Notes: generated by a model from the letters alone, not told the origin. A stretch of 64,000 bases of DNA from Deferribacterales bacterium (GCA_050251945.1 JBFWLW010000001.1:64001-128000); one strand, 5' to 3'; shown: positions 1 through 10,380, counted from the stretch's first letter. Program-made: numbers and translations.

Positions 1-788
1 TTAACATAGCCGACGGTATAGTTTATTTTGTCCTGTATGAAACCAATGGCGCTGCCAACATCTATGCATGGTCTGTGGAAGAAAAAGCCCTGATACAGGT
101 CTATGCCCAGCTCATAGCTTTTCATTATGTCTTCCATGTTCTCAAGCCCCTCCGCAAGGGTGAGTGCGCCTGTTTTTTTCGCTATATCTATGATGGATGT
201 AATGATCGACTGTTGATAATAGTTATCATGGATGTTGCGTATCAGCCCCATATCAATTTTTATGATATTCGGCTTAGAGAGTATTATACGGTTCATGTTT
301 GAGTGCATTGCGCCGAAATCGTCCAGAGAAACGTAGTAACCGAGTTTTTTGTAGTTGTCTACGAAGCTGACCAGGTTGTGATTGTTCTCTATCTTTGATT
401 CGACTATCTCAAGGGATATTGATGAATAGTTTATGCCGAATTCGTCTGTCAGCGCTTTGGTATAATTTGTGGATTCTATGTCGTTTTTATCTATGACGCA
501 TGTGTCAATGTTTAGAAATAACAAATATTTATTGAAATTTGGGATAGTTTTATAAGATTTCATTGCAGTACGGCGGCAGAGGCGGTCAAGCTCAAGGTCG
601 CAATCTTCGTCCCGCGCCATGGCAAACATGTTGCTAGGTGAGATAATGTTGCCTGTTTCCGAGCATATGCCTCTTGAAAGTGCTTCAAACCCTACAATGC
701 GCATCTCTTTCAGACTCACCACAGGCTGAAAGACAGTAACTACGTTGTTTTCCCGCAAAATACGTTTAATAAGAGAATCTTCTTTCAC
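1..788 (-). CDS. EAL-domain c-di-GMP phosphodiesterase family protein (3' end runs off the window)
   Basis: Not in the ORF track. Manual translation from GTG at 788 gives VFQPVVSL..IVGFEALSRG, LFLNI, LEIVES, VSLDDFGA, IIKID, LAEGLE, DLYQGFFF, all EAL motifs. Confidence 0.9.
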   Translation of the reverse strand, partial: MKEDSLIKRILRENNVVTVFQPVVSLKEMRIVGFEALSRGICSETGNIISPSNMFAMARDEDCDLELDRLCRRTAMKSYKTIPNFNKYLLFLNIDTCVIDKNDIESTNYTKALTDEFGINYSSISLEIVESKIENNHNLVSFVDNYKKLGYYVSLDDFGAMHSNMNRIILSKPNIIKIDMGLIRNIHDNYYQQSIITSIIDIAKKTGALTLAEGLENMEDIMKSYELGIDLYQGFFFHRPCIDVGSAIGFIQDKINYTVGYV

Positions 789-841
789 TAATTCGCCCGA
801 TAAATAATAATAACTATGGGCATGACTGTACATGATAATTT

Positions 842-857
842 TGCAAAGAGCAAGCCT
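842..857 (-). promoter_or_regulatory. possible sigma54 -24/-12 promoter for the EAL gene
   Basis: Minus strand AGGCTTGCTCTTTGCA has GG-N10-GC and TTGCA but an imperfect -24 box. Confidence 0.35.
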
Positions 858-941
858 TGTCTTAAGGCTTTTGAAAAGAGGCATACGGATTGTTAGGACG
901 CTAACTAAGCCCCGGTTGAAATTTTGTTGCGCGGCTTTCAG

Positions 942-1166
942 TTATGCGGTTTTTCTGACATTCTGATCCTCTTTAAGTGCCTGGGCAAGGCGTTTTGCCT
1001 CATTAGCCGTGATGAGCAGATTGAGCAGACTTTCCATTTCGTCCCTGCTGAGAGGTTTGTCCGTGGTCAAGAGGTCGCGGGCAATGGAAATGTGCAGATT
1101 TGCTATGCCGGTAAGCTGTTTTATTCTTTCGTCTTCATTTTTGTTGAAAAATGCCTCTGTGTCCAT
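942..1166 (-). CDS. hypothetical 74-aa helical protein
   Basis: AGGAGGA RBS just before ATG; sigma54-type promoter upstream. Confidence 0.75.
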   Translation of the reverse strand: MDTEAFFNKNEDERIKQLTGIANLHISIARDLLTTDKPLSRDEMESLLNLLITANEAKRLAQALKEDQNVRKTA

Positions 1167-1199
1167 TCTTTCCTCCTGATGAAAGATTGGATAGTATGA

Positions 1200-1215
1200 A
1201 GCAACGCGGATGCCA
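1200..1215 (-). promoter_or_regulatory. sigma54 (-24/-12) promoter
   Basis: Minus strand TGGCATCCGCGTTGCT matches TGGCA-N6-TTGC with exact GG-N10-GC spacing, about 34 bp before the 74-aa ORF. Confidence 0.7.
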
Positions 1216-1217
1216 TT

Positions 1218-4200
1218 TCAGACTTTATTCCTGAGATTTTCCGAGACTATTTTAACGACTCTGTTAAGTTCTTCCAACAGCAGGGTAACCGATTCTATGG
1301 TATTTTTTACGTTGTTTGCCGCCAGCGCCGACTCGGCATTTTTTGCTGTCTGTGACAGTTTCGGCATGGCAAGATTTTCTGCGTATGAACCTACAGACCG
1401 GAAAATATCGCTCAGTGTTCCGGTATCCGGATTTGCAGTCATCTCTTTGCGTATGCCGTCCGCCGTTTTAAGAAATTCCTGCAGAGCTTTGATGAAAAGC
1501 GCTTCGTTTCCTCCGAAACCGCCCAGTCCTGTCATGAAATCCACATGACCGCCGGAATCGTACATTTGCGATCCGGCAGTTCTGGCAGAACTTATTCTGA
1601 CAGCCTCAGTGACCGCTCTGGATATCTCGTTTATTTTAAGCGGTTTGCCTATGGCGCCTGTTATAAGCGCCGTTTTCATTTTAAGCTTGTCCTCATCAAT
1701 GACGCTTGCCGTCATTGCGTATATGGGGGTGTCAGCGTTCAGTGCGCCTTCGCGTATAGTCCTTGCTGCCGAATATCCGTCCAGTTCAGGCATCATTATG
1801 TCGAGGAATATAGCGTCAAAAATCTCCTTTTCAGCGGCTTCGACAGCCTCTCTGCCGTTTTCGGCAAAGCTGACGCTTATGCCCAGAAGCTGCATGAATT
1901 CGCTGGCAACTTCGCGGTTAAGACTGTTGTCGTCCGCAACAAGAACGTGAATTTTGTGTCCCGTCTCTTTGGCATTCAGGATTTCCGGCAGTTCGTCTTT
2001 CGACTGTTCACCTGTAACGGCTGTCACCGCCGAGTGGAACAACAGGGTGGGAGAGGCGGGTTTTGCAAGCGTTGATATTTTAAGTCCGATATCTTTCTGC
2101 GGATGTTCGCTGCTGATGTATATCACGGGCGGCAGAAGTCCGGGGTCGGTGTCGAGTTTTTCAAATACGCCGAGCGGCGAATCGTCATGCATGCGGTTCT
2201 CAAGAACCAGCAGGTCAAAGCCCACCGTTCCGTCACTTTTTATGTTGCTTCCCAGCGTCTTCATAAGTTCGATATTGCTGTCGACTGAAACTACGTCCGC
2301 CTGAAGCTCTCTGAATATGGAGGATATGCTTCCCTGTTCCGACGGCATGTTTTCGGAAACCAGTATCCTTTTGTTTTTCAATATGCTGCTGCGCTCTTTC
2401 AGTTCTTCCGTGCTGGTAACGTCCGTGTTCTTCATTTTCAGAGTAAAGGAGAATGTGCTCCCTTTGCCCTGTTCGCTTTCCACAAAGACCGAGCTGCCCA
2501 TTTTGTCGAGAATTTTTTTGCATATTGACAGACCGAGACCGGAACCGCCGTATTTTCTGGATGTTTTCTTTGATATCTGTTCATATGATGAAAATATTTT
2601 ATTGATTTTATCGGCGGGTATGCCTATTCCCGTGTCTTTAACGGTGAATCTTATTGTGCTGTATGCCATATTTGATTCCGTGCAGTCAACGGATATCACC
2701 ACCGAACCTTTGTCTGTGAATTTCACTGCATTGGAACCGATGTTGGAAAGCACCTGCATAAGTCTTGTGGGGTCGCCCTTCACATATGCCGGAACTTCAT
2801 CGGATATATCGAGCTTTAGTATTATCTTTTTCTTTTCCGCCTGAACTTCAAGAATATCTTTTATACTCTTTAAGAGGTCTATTATATTGAAGCTGATGTT
2901 TTCAAGCTCCAGTTTTCCTGCCTCAATCTTTGAATAGTCAAGTATGTCGTTAATTATTTCCATAAGAAACGTGGCGGATGAGTGTATCTTGCTTACGTAT
3001 TCGTACTGTTTCGAGTTGAGTCCTGTCTGCAGAGCGAGGTAGCTCAGACCGATTATGGCGTTCATAGGTGTTCGTATTTCGTGGCTCATAGCTGTCAGAA
3101 ACTCGGTTTTAACCTCGTTTATGTATCTGTAGTTATCCAGAGCTGATTCAAGCCGCTGATTTGCGTCTTCAAGCTGTTTTGTCCGGTTGCTTATGGTGTT
3201 TTCAAGATTTTTGTTTATGTCTTCAATAGCGTGTATCTGCCTGCTCTGCTGCCACAGATTGCTGTAAAGCTTCATGCTCAGGTTGTTGAACGCTTCCGCA
3301 AGGACGGTTATTTCAGTGTTTTCGTTGAAAGAGAGCAGTTTCGGTTCTTTTTCTATGGTTATTTCATTGTCGGTCACATGGCGGGCAATGTTTTCAATGG
3401 GTCTGAAAATAACTTTTATCATAAAGCCGGATACCAGCGCCAGTGCGAAAAGTCCGTATGCGATTATTGCCGCCGCCTGCTTTGTTAAGGCGGAATACAT
3501 CTGCGTTACCTCTTTGCTGGTGTCCTTGGCGAGGAACAGCCAGCCTATCTGGTTAGCAGAATAATCGTAAAGCGGCATTTTATAGGTCATATAAAATTTG
3601 CCGTCAAATCTGGTGATATCTTTTTTTTCCATCAGACCGGATGTCACTATTTTTCTGGTTTCGTCAGATGAAAAATCATAGACCAGAAGGTCGTCGTGGC
3701 GCAGCCATGAGGACGAATCATGAAAGAATTTTACCTTTTCGGCATTTTTTTTATAAATTGCGGTGGCATATTCAATGTCTGTGCAGGTTTTTGTTGTGCG
3801 CAGTATGTGCTCAATACTGCCGCCGAATTCCACTGTACCAACCGAATCGAAGTTGTACCACACGGGCTTGACAACGCGCAGTCCGAGACCGCTTCTGCCC
3901 ATTTCAATACCTGCTACCATTGTTTTTTGCTGATTGGCTTTGACAACGGTTCTCCGGATGGTTTCAAGGCTGTCGCCGTAGTTCTCTTTGCTGTGAACCC
4001 GGTAAAAGCTTATTGCCGGAGGGATATGAAACTGAAACTGGTCTATGTCGTAAAGGTGTTTAAGCCTTGTGTCGTATATGTTGTCCACAAGTTTCGCAAG
4101 CCCTTCGCGGTCTCTTCTGGCGAATCTTTCCACAAGCGTCTGGTTGTCTGTCAGGGTGTCAAGACCGAGGGAGAACTGCCTTATCATCGTTTCCTGCTCG

Positions 4201-4367
4201 GTCTCGAATATCTTGCCGAACATATTGAACGCTTCTTCATTTTTGCTGATGATGTCACTGCGCAGTTTTGAATATGTACTGAAAATGAGAATAAAGACAG
4301 CCACAGACATTAATAGTGCCGTGAACGCAAGTATACGATACCTGAGACTGCTGAAAAGAGAGTTCAT
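1218..4367 (-). CDS. hybrid sensor histidine kinase (Cache-type periplasmic sensor, HAMP, HisKA, HATPase, 2 REC, Hpt-like)
   Basis: Two TM segments; H-box FLTAMSHEIRTPMNAIIG; NAVKFT, DTGIGI, GSGLGLSI; REC VLVADD..FLDIMMPELDG..KP; start moved to MNSLF. Confidence 0.92.
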   Translation of the reverse strand: MNSLFSSLRYRILAFTALLMSVAVFILIFSTYSKLRSDIISKNEEAFNMFGKIFETEQETMIRQFSLGLDTLTDNQTLVERFARRDREGLAKLVDNIYDTRLKHLYDIDQFQFHIPPAISFYRVHSKENYGDSLETIRRTVVKANQQKTMVAGIEMGRSGLGLRVVKPVWYNFDSVGTVEFGGSIEHILRTTKTCTDIEYATAIYKKNAEKVKFFHDSSSWLRHDDLLVYDFSSDETRKIVTSGLMEKKDITRFDGKFYMTYKMPLYDYSANQIGWLFLAKDTSKEVTQMYSALTKQAAAIIAYGLFALALVSGFMIKVIFRPIENIARHVTDNEITIEKEPKLLSFNENTEITVLAEAFNNLSMKLYSNLWQQSRQIHAIEDINKNLENTISNRTKQLEDANQRLESALDNYRYINEVKTEFLTAMSHEIRTPMNAIIGLSYLALQTGLNSKQYEYVSKIHSSATFLMEIINDILDYSKIEAGKLELENISFNIIDLLKSIKDILEVQAEKKKIILKLDISDEVPAYVKGDPTRLMQVLSNIGSNAVKFTDKGSVVISVDCTESNMAYSTIRFTVKDTGIGIPADKINKIFSSYEQISKKTSRKYGGSGLGLSICKKILDKMGSSVFVESEQGKGSTFSFTLKMKNTDVTSTEELKERSSILKNKRILVSENMPSEQGSISSIFRELQADVVSVDSNIELMKTLGSNIKSDGTVGFDLLVLENRMHDDSPLGVFEKLDTDPGLLPPVIYISSEHPQKDIGLKISTLAKPASPTLLFHSAVTAVTGEQSKDELPEILNAKETGHKIHVLVADDNSLNREVASEFMQLLGISVSFAENGREAVEAAEKEIFDAIFLDIMMPELDGYSAARTIREGALNADTPIYAMTASVIDEDKLKMKTALITGAIGKPLKINEISRAVTEAVRISSARTAGSQMYDSGGHVDFMTGLGGFGGNEALFIKALQEFLKTADGIRKEMTANPDTGTLSDIFRSVGSYAENLAMPKLSQTAKNAESALAANNVKNTIESVTLLLEELNRVVKIVSENLRNKV

Positions 4368-4636
4368 ATTTCCATTCCCAAAAACATTATAATATATATG
4401 TATCATGTTTTTGTGGTTATTGCCACTGAATTGAAGATTAAGTTGCGAATATTAAAGAAGAATTCCTATCAAAAAACATATTTTGAACTTTTGTTTATAT
4501 TGTTTATATTTAGATATATTTATAATGTACTTTTGCTTGGAATATTCACTGGTTTCCATCCTGTCGACAAGTTCGTTCAGTAGATCAGTGAGCACTTTTG
4601 CCTCTCAGACAGGATACCGGAAATTATACCCGTTTA

Positions 4637-6247
4637 TCAACTTCCTGTTTCCAGAGGCGGATATGCCGCAGAACAGATATGTGAATGTATACGCCGCAGG
4701 TCGCGAAGAATGTCTATATGCAGAGAGCTTGTCTCAATACTTTCCGGTATTCCTTCGCGAAGGCGCAGAAGATGCTTTTCGGATGCGGATGTTTCAAGCT
4801 CGCGCAGTCTGTTCTTTTCGTTAAGCAGATATTCGGCAAGCTTTCTGTCTCCTGTCATGAAAACGCTGAAAGCCACCTGAAGATTTTCAAGCACAATACC
4901 GTATATCTCTTCAAGCTCTTTTTTGCCTTCTTCTGAAAAATCCAGTCTGTTCTTTATCTTTTTTACTGCAAGCTCCATCAGGTTCTTGTCTATAATGTCG
5001 CCTATATGTTCAAGATTGATGGAGAAAGTCATAATTTCAAGCGCCCTTTTTCCTTCATCGCCTTCAAGCCTGTCCTGTGTGATGTTTACTATATAATGTT
5101 TGACTGCTTCATGGAGGCGGTCTACGTAGTTGTCCCTTCTGCAAACCTCTGCTGCAACTTTTCTGTCGCCATCCATGAGCGCGGTCATGCCGTCGGTCAG
5201 CATATTCTGCACTATGTCGCCCATGCGCAGTGTCTCCCTTGCGGCGCAGGATAGGGCAACGGAGGGTACGGAGAGCGCGTTTTCGTCGAGGTACATGGGA
5301 ACCGACGGGTCGTCAGTCAGCTTCTTTTCAGGCAGAAGTTTTTCAAGCAGTTTTGCAAACTGAGGCAGTATCATGAAGAACAGAACCGCTGTGAAAAGGT
5401 TAAAGGCTGTGTGGAAATCAGCCGCTGTACGTTCAGGGGAATAATTGAAAATACTGCCCAGCGGGTCTATGAAAGGAAATACCACTGCCGTTCCGGCAAC
5501 ACGGTTTATGAGATTTCCAACCGGCAGGCGTCTCTGTGCCGGATTATTACCTGAAACGCTCTCCAAAACGGGATTAAGAGCGCTTCCGATATTTGCCCCC
5601 AGAACAAAAGCTACCACTGCGGCTGGCGTTATCAGACCGGACGCTGAAAGCGACATCGAAAGCAGAACGGCGGCTGTACCCGAATGTGCAGTCCATGCAA
5701 TCACCATACCTATCAGAAGATTAAGGAGCGGTTCGTCGGTTATGGTCTGCATGAGTTCACGCATGACATGGCTGTTTTGCACAGGCTCAAATGTTGAAAC
5801 CAGCATGTGAAGCGCAAGCAGCATCACCCCCAGACCAGTGAATACTCTGCCGATGTCCCGCAGAACGGTTTTTCTGCTTTTTTTGAATGTGTACACGCCT
5901 ACAGCTATCAGAACCGGTATCGCCGCGGATGAATCAAACGCAAGAAGCTGAACGATAAGGGTGGTGCCGATATTTGCACCCAGCATCACAGCCATGGCGG
6001 GGACAAGTTCGACCATCCCGGATGAGAAAAAAGAAGAGAGCATCATTGCCGCAGCGGTACTGCTTTGCAATATTGCCGTCACTCCTGTTCCCGCAAGAAG
6101 TGAATAAAGACGGTTTTTAAGATATTTGCCGAGAAATTTCCTTATCTGTGTGCCGAATGCGCGGATAATCCCGCTTTGCACCATGTGCAGACCCCAGAGA
6201 AGCAGTGCGACGTTGCCGATAAGATTGAGAATGATGATAACAGCCAT
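4637..6247 (-). CDS. Na+/Pi cotransporter family protein with C-terminal PhoU-like domains
   Basis: QSSTA and GANIGTT / GANIGS repeats; LEHIGD and LRRIHSH PhoU-like helices; start set to MAVII. Confidence 0.9.
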   Translation of the reverse strand: MAVIIILNLIGNVALLLWGLHMVQSGIIRAFGTQIRKFLGKYLKNRLYSLLAGTGVTAILQSSTAAAMMLSSFFSSGMVELVPAMAVMLGANIGTTLIVQLLAFDSSAAIPVLIAVGVYTFKKSRKTVLRDIGRVFTGLGVMLLALHMLVSTFEPVQNSHVMRELMQTITDEPLLNLLIGMVIAWTAHSGTAAVLLSMSLSASGLITPAAVVAFVLGANIGSALNPVLESVSGNNPAQRRLPVGNLINRVAGTAVVFPFIDPLGSIFNYSPERTAADFHTAFNLFTAVLFFMILPQFAKLLEKLLPEKKLTDDPSVPMYLDENALSVPSVALSCAARETLRMGDIVQNMLTDGMTALMDGDRKVAAEVCRRDNYVDRLHEAVKHYIVNITQDRLEGDEGKRALEIMTFSINLEHIGDIIDKNLMELAVKKIKNRLDFSEEGKKELEEIYGIVLENLQVAFSVFMTGDRKLAEYLLNEKNRLRELETSASEKHLLRLREGIPESIETSSLHIDILRDLRRIHSHICSAAYPPLETGS

Positions 6248-6510
6248 ATATTTCTCCCTGTTGGAGCTTCGCAGAGTTATTATTCTCTGCATTTATTTCA
6301 TATTTTTCTCCGAAAATTTAAGTATTCATAATCTATTGTAATTAATACGATAAATTGCTATTTATCCTGCTTTTGATATTTATAAAATCTATCTTATTTG
6401 ATAAAAAATGCAATATTTTTGTTAAATTCGATAATTTTTTTCTTGAATTAATCTTTGACAAATTTTCAGGAAAATATGATGATAAGCTCTATGATCCCGT
6501 TGAGGCGTAA

Positions 6511-7653
6511 ATGAGTGATTTTAAACTGTATTCTAAAAATTTTATTCTGATATGTGTTTCAGGATTCCTTTATTTCGGCAGTTTCTATCTGCTTTTGCCG
6601 ACAATTCCGCAGTTTGTTCAGGATATCGGCGGTACGACAGGGCAGATCGGTGCCGTTGTCGGTTTTTTTACTCTGACATCCGTACTTTTGAGACCTTATT
6701 TCGGTAAACTTGCCGACAGTTACGGTCGAAAAAGATTTCTCCTCTTCGGGTCGGGGCTTTTTGCCTTTCTTTTTGTTTTTTATGCACATGCGGGCGGCAT
6801 CGTTCCGCTTTATATACTGCGTCTGTTTCACGGTGTAGCACACGGATGCTATCTGGCGGCGGCGTTTGCGTACGTTGCCGATCTTGCGCCTGTTCAGCGC
6901 AGGGGCGAGGTCATGGGGGTATACGGTGTGGCGAACGTTTTTGCCATGGCGCTTTTTCCCGCATGGGGCAGCAGAATAATAACGGCTACTCACGATTTTA
7001 ATTACCTTTTCACTCTGTCTGCGATAACGGCGGCATTATCTTTTCTGTCGCTCGTTATGCTGGACGACAGGAAACCGGAGAAACATGCCGGAAAGAAAGG
7101 TATTTTTGAAGCCGGGCTGAAAAAACCCGTACTTGTTGCTTCCATAACTTTTTTCAGCGCATCCACTGTTTACGGAACCGTTATAACGTTTCTCCCTGTC
7201 TATGCCCCTAAAAAGGGCATGGCAGATTTCGGCATCTTTTTTACGGTTTATGCCGTTTTCACACTTATAAGCAGGGTTGCGGCAGGAAAACTCTCGGATA
7301 TTTACGGGCGCAGGAAGGTCATTATCCCGTTCCTGCTCATTCTGGCTGTTGCAACTTTCTGTCTGCCGTTTCTTTCAAATATCTATATGCTGGCGTTCAT
7401 AGGCGCACTTTTCGGGCTTGGCTTCGGAGCTTTTATGCCCGCACTGTCTGCGTATGTTGTTGATAAAACAGAACCTCATGAAAGAGCTGGTGCGCTGGCG
7501 TTTTTCACATCTTTTATGGATGTGGGCATCACTACGGGCGCGATAGTTCTCGGTATCGTCGGCGGTCATTTCGGTTTTGAAGTGATGTACGGTTTTGCCG
7601 GAGTTATTCTCTGCTGCGGTATTATATTTTTCTCGCTTTTTACAAGGAAGTGA
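6511..7653 (+). CDS. MFS transporter
   Basis: About 12 TM segments; GKLADSYGRKR and GKLSDIYGRRK motif A. Confidence 0.9.
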   Translation: MSDFKLYSKNFILICVSGFLYFGSFYLLLPTIPQFVQDIGGTTGQIGAVVGFFTLTSVLLRPYFGKLADSYGRKRFLLFGSGLFAFLFVFYAHAGGIVPLYILRLFHGVAHGCYLAAAFAYVADLAPVQRRGEVMGVYGVANVFAMALFPAWGSRIITATHDFNYLFTLSAITAALSFLSLVMLDDRKPEKHAGKKGIFEAGLKKPVLVASITFFSASTVYGTVITFLPVYAPKKGMADFGIFFTVYAVFTLISRVAAGKLSDIYGRRKVIIPFLLILAVATFCLPFLSNIYMLAFIGALFGLGFGAFMPALSAYVVDKTEPHERAGALAFFTSFMDVGITTGAIVLGIVGGHFGFEVMYGFAGVILCCGIIFFSLFTRK

Positions 7654-8434
7654 AGGAGCAGGGGACGCCGGCAACGCATTTTCCGCATACGTCGCTTCCG
7701 CTGCTGACGGCGTTTCCGTCGGAATCAGTATATGATGTTCCGAAATTGTTATAGATAGCGGCGTTTTTGAGAAGTATCTCCTGGCATTTGTGTCTTGCAA
7801 ACCCATCCGGTGTCAGCGCACCCGAAGGACAGCGTTTCATGCACGCGCCGCATTTTCTGTTTCTTTTATAAAGACAGTTCTCTTTTGTCAGCGGCTTTCC
7901 GTGTTCAGTTTCAAAATTCGTTACAATGGAATTGTATCGTCCACAGCATCCTTTCTTTGTTATCAGCATGTTGTTTATGCCGAATGTTCCAAGTCCCGCC
8001 GCCCATGCGAAATGTCTGTGCGACCATCCGCTGATGAGCTTTTCAGTATCAAATGTTGATGTCTGCGGGGCGACGCGCCCATTGATGCCTGCGGATGCCA
8101 GCTCTTTGATAAGGGCTGCGTTCAGCTCTATGAACATGGCGTTTGTCTCTTCGTATGCCAAAGCCCACTCGGGAGAGGCAAGCTCTCCCAAGTGTCTGTT
8201 TGTATCTGCAAGTTCTTTTGTGAAGGGTACGAAATAGACTATCACCGTCTTTGCGTCAGGCAATACTTCCTGCGGAAGCCCGTGGTCGGGTGATATCCTG
8301 TTTTTAAGGTTCTGTATCTCCGGATGATAAGCATCCGCAAACCCAACCAGCGGTTCACCCCACGCCGTTACGTGAGTCTCTGCATGTTTTTTTACGAACA
8401 AGCATATAAAGTCGATTATTTCCTCTTTATGCAT
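7640..8434 (-). CDS. epoxyqueuosine reductase (QueG)-like 4Fe-4S protein
   Basis: SHRHFAWAAGLGTFG, CGACMKRCP and CGKCVAGVPC motifs. Confidence 0.75.
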   Translation of the reverse strand: MHKEEIIDFICLFVKKHAETHVTAWGEPLVGFADAYHPEIQNLKNRISPDHGLPQEVLPDAKTVIVYFVPFTKELADTNRHLGELASPEWALAYEETNAMFIELNAALIKELASAGINGRVAPQTSTFDTEKLISGWSHRHFAWAAGLGTFGINNMLITKKGCCGRYNSIVTNFETEHGKPLTKENCLYKRNRKCGACMKRCPSGALTPDGFARHKCQEILLKNAAIYNNFGTSYTDSDGNAVSSGSDVCGKCVAGVPCSFTSL

Positions 8435-8465
8435 ATTCTCAGGATATACTTTTCAGTAAAAATAA

Positions 8466-10100
8466 TCAATTCCCCGCTTTAATCACTTTTGCGCGCTTTA
8501 TGCCGAACGCATCCATAAGGTCATCAACAAAAACATCGCGGACGGCTACCACAAGCGTGGTTCTTTTGCGCAGAAGCTGTGTTATGAGCCCGTTCCAGCC
8601 ATCGCCGCCTATTTCCAGTCTGCCCGCCTCGTCAATGAAAACGTATTCGGCATCTTCCGCATCTTTTATAACTTTTTCAGTCATTTTGCCGACCGCTTCA
8701 TCGGAGAAATTAAAAGTGCCTTCCGCGTTGCGCATACAGAAGGGGATTTCCTCTCCGGAAACAAGGTCGGTCAGTCTGTAGTCGTCTTTCTTATCTGCGT
8801 AAACGTTGGCTTTGCAGACGAAACCGCATACTTTGAAGTCCGCTTTAAGTCTTTCCGCTTCCTTAGCCATAAACGTTGTTTTGCCCGCATCAACGCCGCC
8901 TGTCACAAGCACAACGTCAGCCTTTATGTCATCAAGCATGTTGTCGGCTGTGATGAGTATTTGTTTTAACGCGCTCATCGGGCTGGTTCTTATGTCTTTT
9001 TTCGTTACGATGGAGCCCATTGCTTTGTTTGTTTCCCACGCAGTCGCCATGGTTCTGTCCATTTTGTCGCCGTACCTTCTGCGTATGGCGGCGGCTATTC
9101 TGGGATGTTTGAATTCGTTCAGTATGCCGTTAATGGCTATTGTCATAAGGCACGCTCTGAACACCATTGCAAGACCGCCTGATATTGCTTTAACACTGAA
9201 CATTCCGCTGTCGCCGGCGTATATAAATGCGCCGGAAAGGAAAGAGATTAAAAGAACAGGAATGAAAAATTTAGGATTAAGAAGCCTTTTAAGCGATCTT
9301 GAATATCTTATCGCCGCGAATATGAAATATATGCCGAGGAAAGGTATTATTGACGGATAGGAGTGCATGAATACCAGCCCGACGAAAATTACGATGAATG
9401 CCAGAGTAAGCCAGACCAGCGAAGGTTTAAAATTTGATGCCGCTACCACTTTCTGTTTTTCAGGTTTAAAGGATGGAACACTTTCTGCATATGTTATCGT
9501 TCTGATGTTGGTTTCAAGGTTATGTCCGGTGAAGGAGCCTATTGCCGAGGCGATAACGCCGCATATGAAATATATCACCAGCAGGGCGATAATACCCCAT
9601 ATGGGGTCTATTTGCTTCAAGCCTGCCAGTCCGGCAGTTCCTTCAAAGAATTTTTCGTAAAGAATGTATATGTTCGGACCGAACATCATGAAAGCGCGTA
9701 TGAATTTGTGCAGTATCGTACATATCAGCGCAAGCCCGCCGCCTATGGCATAACCTATGGGGTTGTTGCCTCCGATGCGTGCGCCAAGCTCCATGAGAAA
9801 CCCCTCAACGGATATGGCGATTGCTGGAACTATCAGGTTCGGGCTGGGCGAAAAGAGCTTAAGCAGTGCGGAAGAAAGCCCCGCTCTGTAAAAAAGACCT
9901 TTCTGCCGCCACCTGACGTTTATTCCGGACATGAGTATTATCGCTATGAAGGTCAGTATATAGCCTTTCATAGGTATCCGCAGGTTGTGAAGCAGCGACC
10001 CGAGAGACATTTCGGAAGTTCCCCATATGCCTCCGGCAACCGCTCCTTTTTCCCATTTTGAAGATGACGTGATCAATTCCGGTTTTTGTGTTTTCCTCAA
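8466..10100 (-). CDS. multi-pass membrane protein fused to a C-terminal P-loop NTPase (NTPase_1/DUF2478-like)
   Basis: About 10 hydrophobic segments, then VTGGVDAGKTT (Walker A) and VFIDEAGRLE (Walker B); TTG start with GGGG RBS. Confidence 0.8.
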   Translation of the reverse strand: MRKTQKPELITSSSKWEKGAVAGGIWGTSEMSLGSLLHNLRIPMKGYILTFIAIILMSGINVRWRQKGLFYRAGLSSALLKLFSPSPNLIVPAIAISVEGFLMELGARIGGNNPIGYAIGGGLALICTILHKFIRAFMMFGPNIYILYEKFFEGTAGLAGLKQIDPIWGIIALLVIYFICGVIASAIGSFTGHNLETNIRTITYAESVPSFKPEKQKVVAASNFKPSLVWLTLAFIVIFVGLVFMHSYPSIIPFLGIYFIFAAIRYSRSLKRLLNPKFFIPVLLISFLSGAFIYAGDSGMFSVKAISGGLAMVFRACLMTIAINGILNEFKHPRIAAAIRRRYGDKMDRTMATAWETNKAMGSIVTKKDIRTSPMSALKQILITADNMLDDIKADVVLVTGGVDAGKTTFMAKEAERLKADFKVCGFVCKANVYADKKDDYRLTDLVSGEEIPFCMRNAEGTFNFSDEAVGKMTEKVIKDAEDAEYVFIDEAGRLEIGGDGWNGLITQLLRKRTTLVVAVRDVFVDDLMDAFGIKRAKVIKAGN

Positions 10101-10119
10101 GATCTGCCCCCTTATAATG

Positions 10120-10143
10120 CGTTATATAATAAATAGTATATCG
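10120..10143. promoter_or_regulatory. ModE-like operator
   Basis: CGTTATATA-N6-AGTATATCG, 15/18 to CGTTATATA-N6-TATATAACG, about 20 bp before the start codon. Confidence 0.6.
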
Positions 10144-10380
10144 TTCTAAGGAACCTTATATATTACAAAGATTAAGGGTGTCAATACGGTTAAAAACGGA
10201 TGAACGTGCGAATAACGTGTTAAAGGTGTCGCGGGCTTTGTAAAGCCAATGTCGGTCTTTGGTGAAAATAACGTATTAATAATGAAGCGGATATTGTTAA
10301 AATAGGGAGCGATATTTTATCTTTAAATTTTTTTTCTGGCATGTATTATGTCAGATATTTTACAAAGAGGGAGGGGCAAA

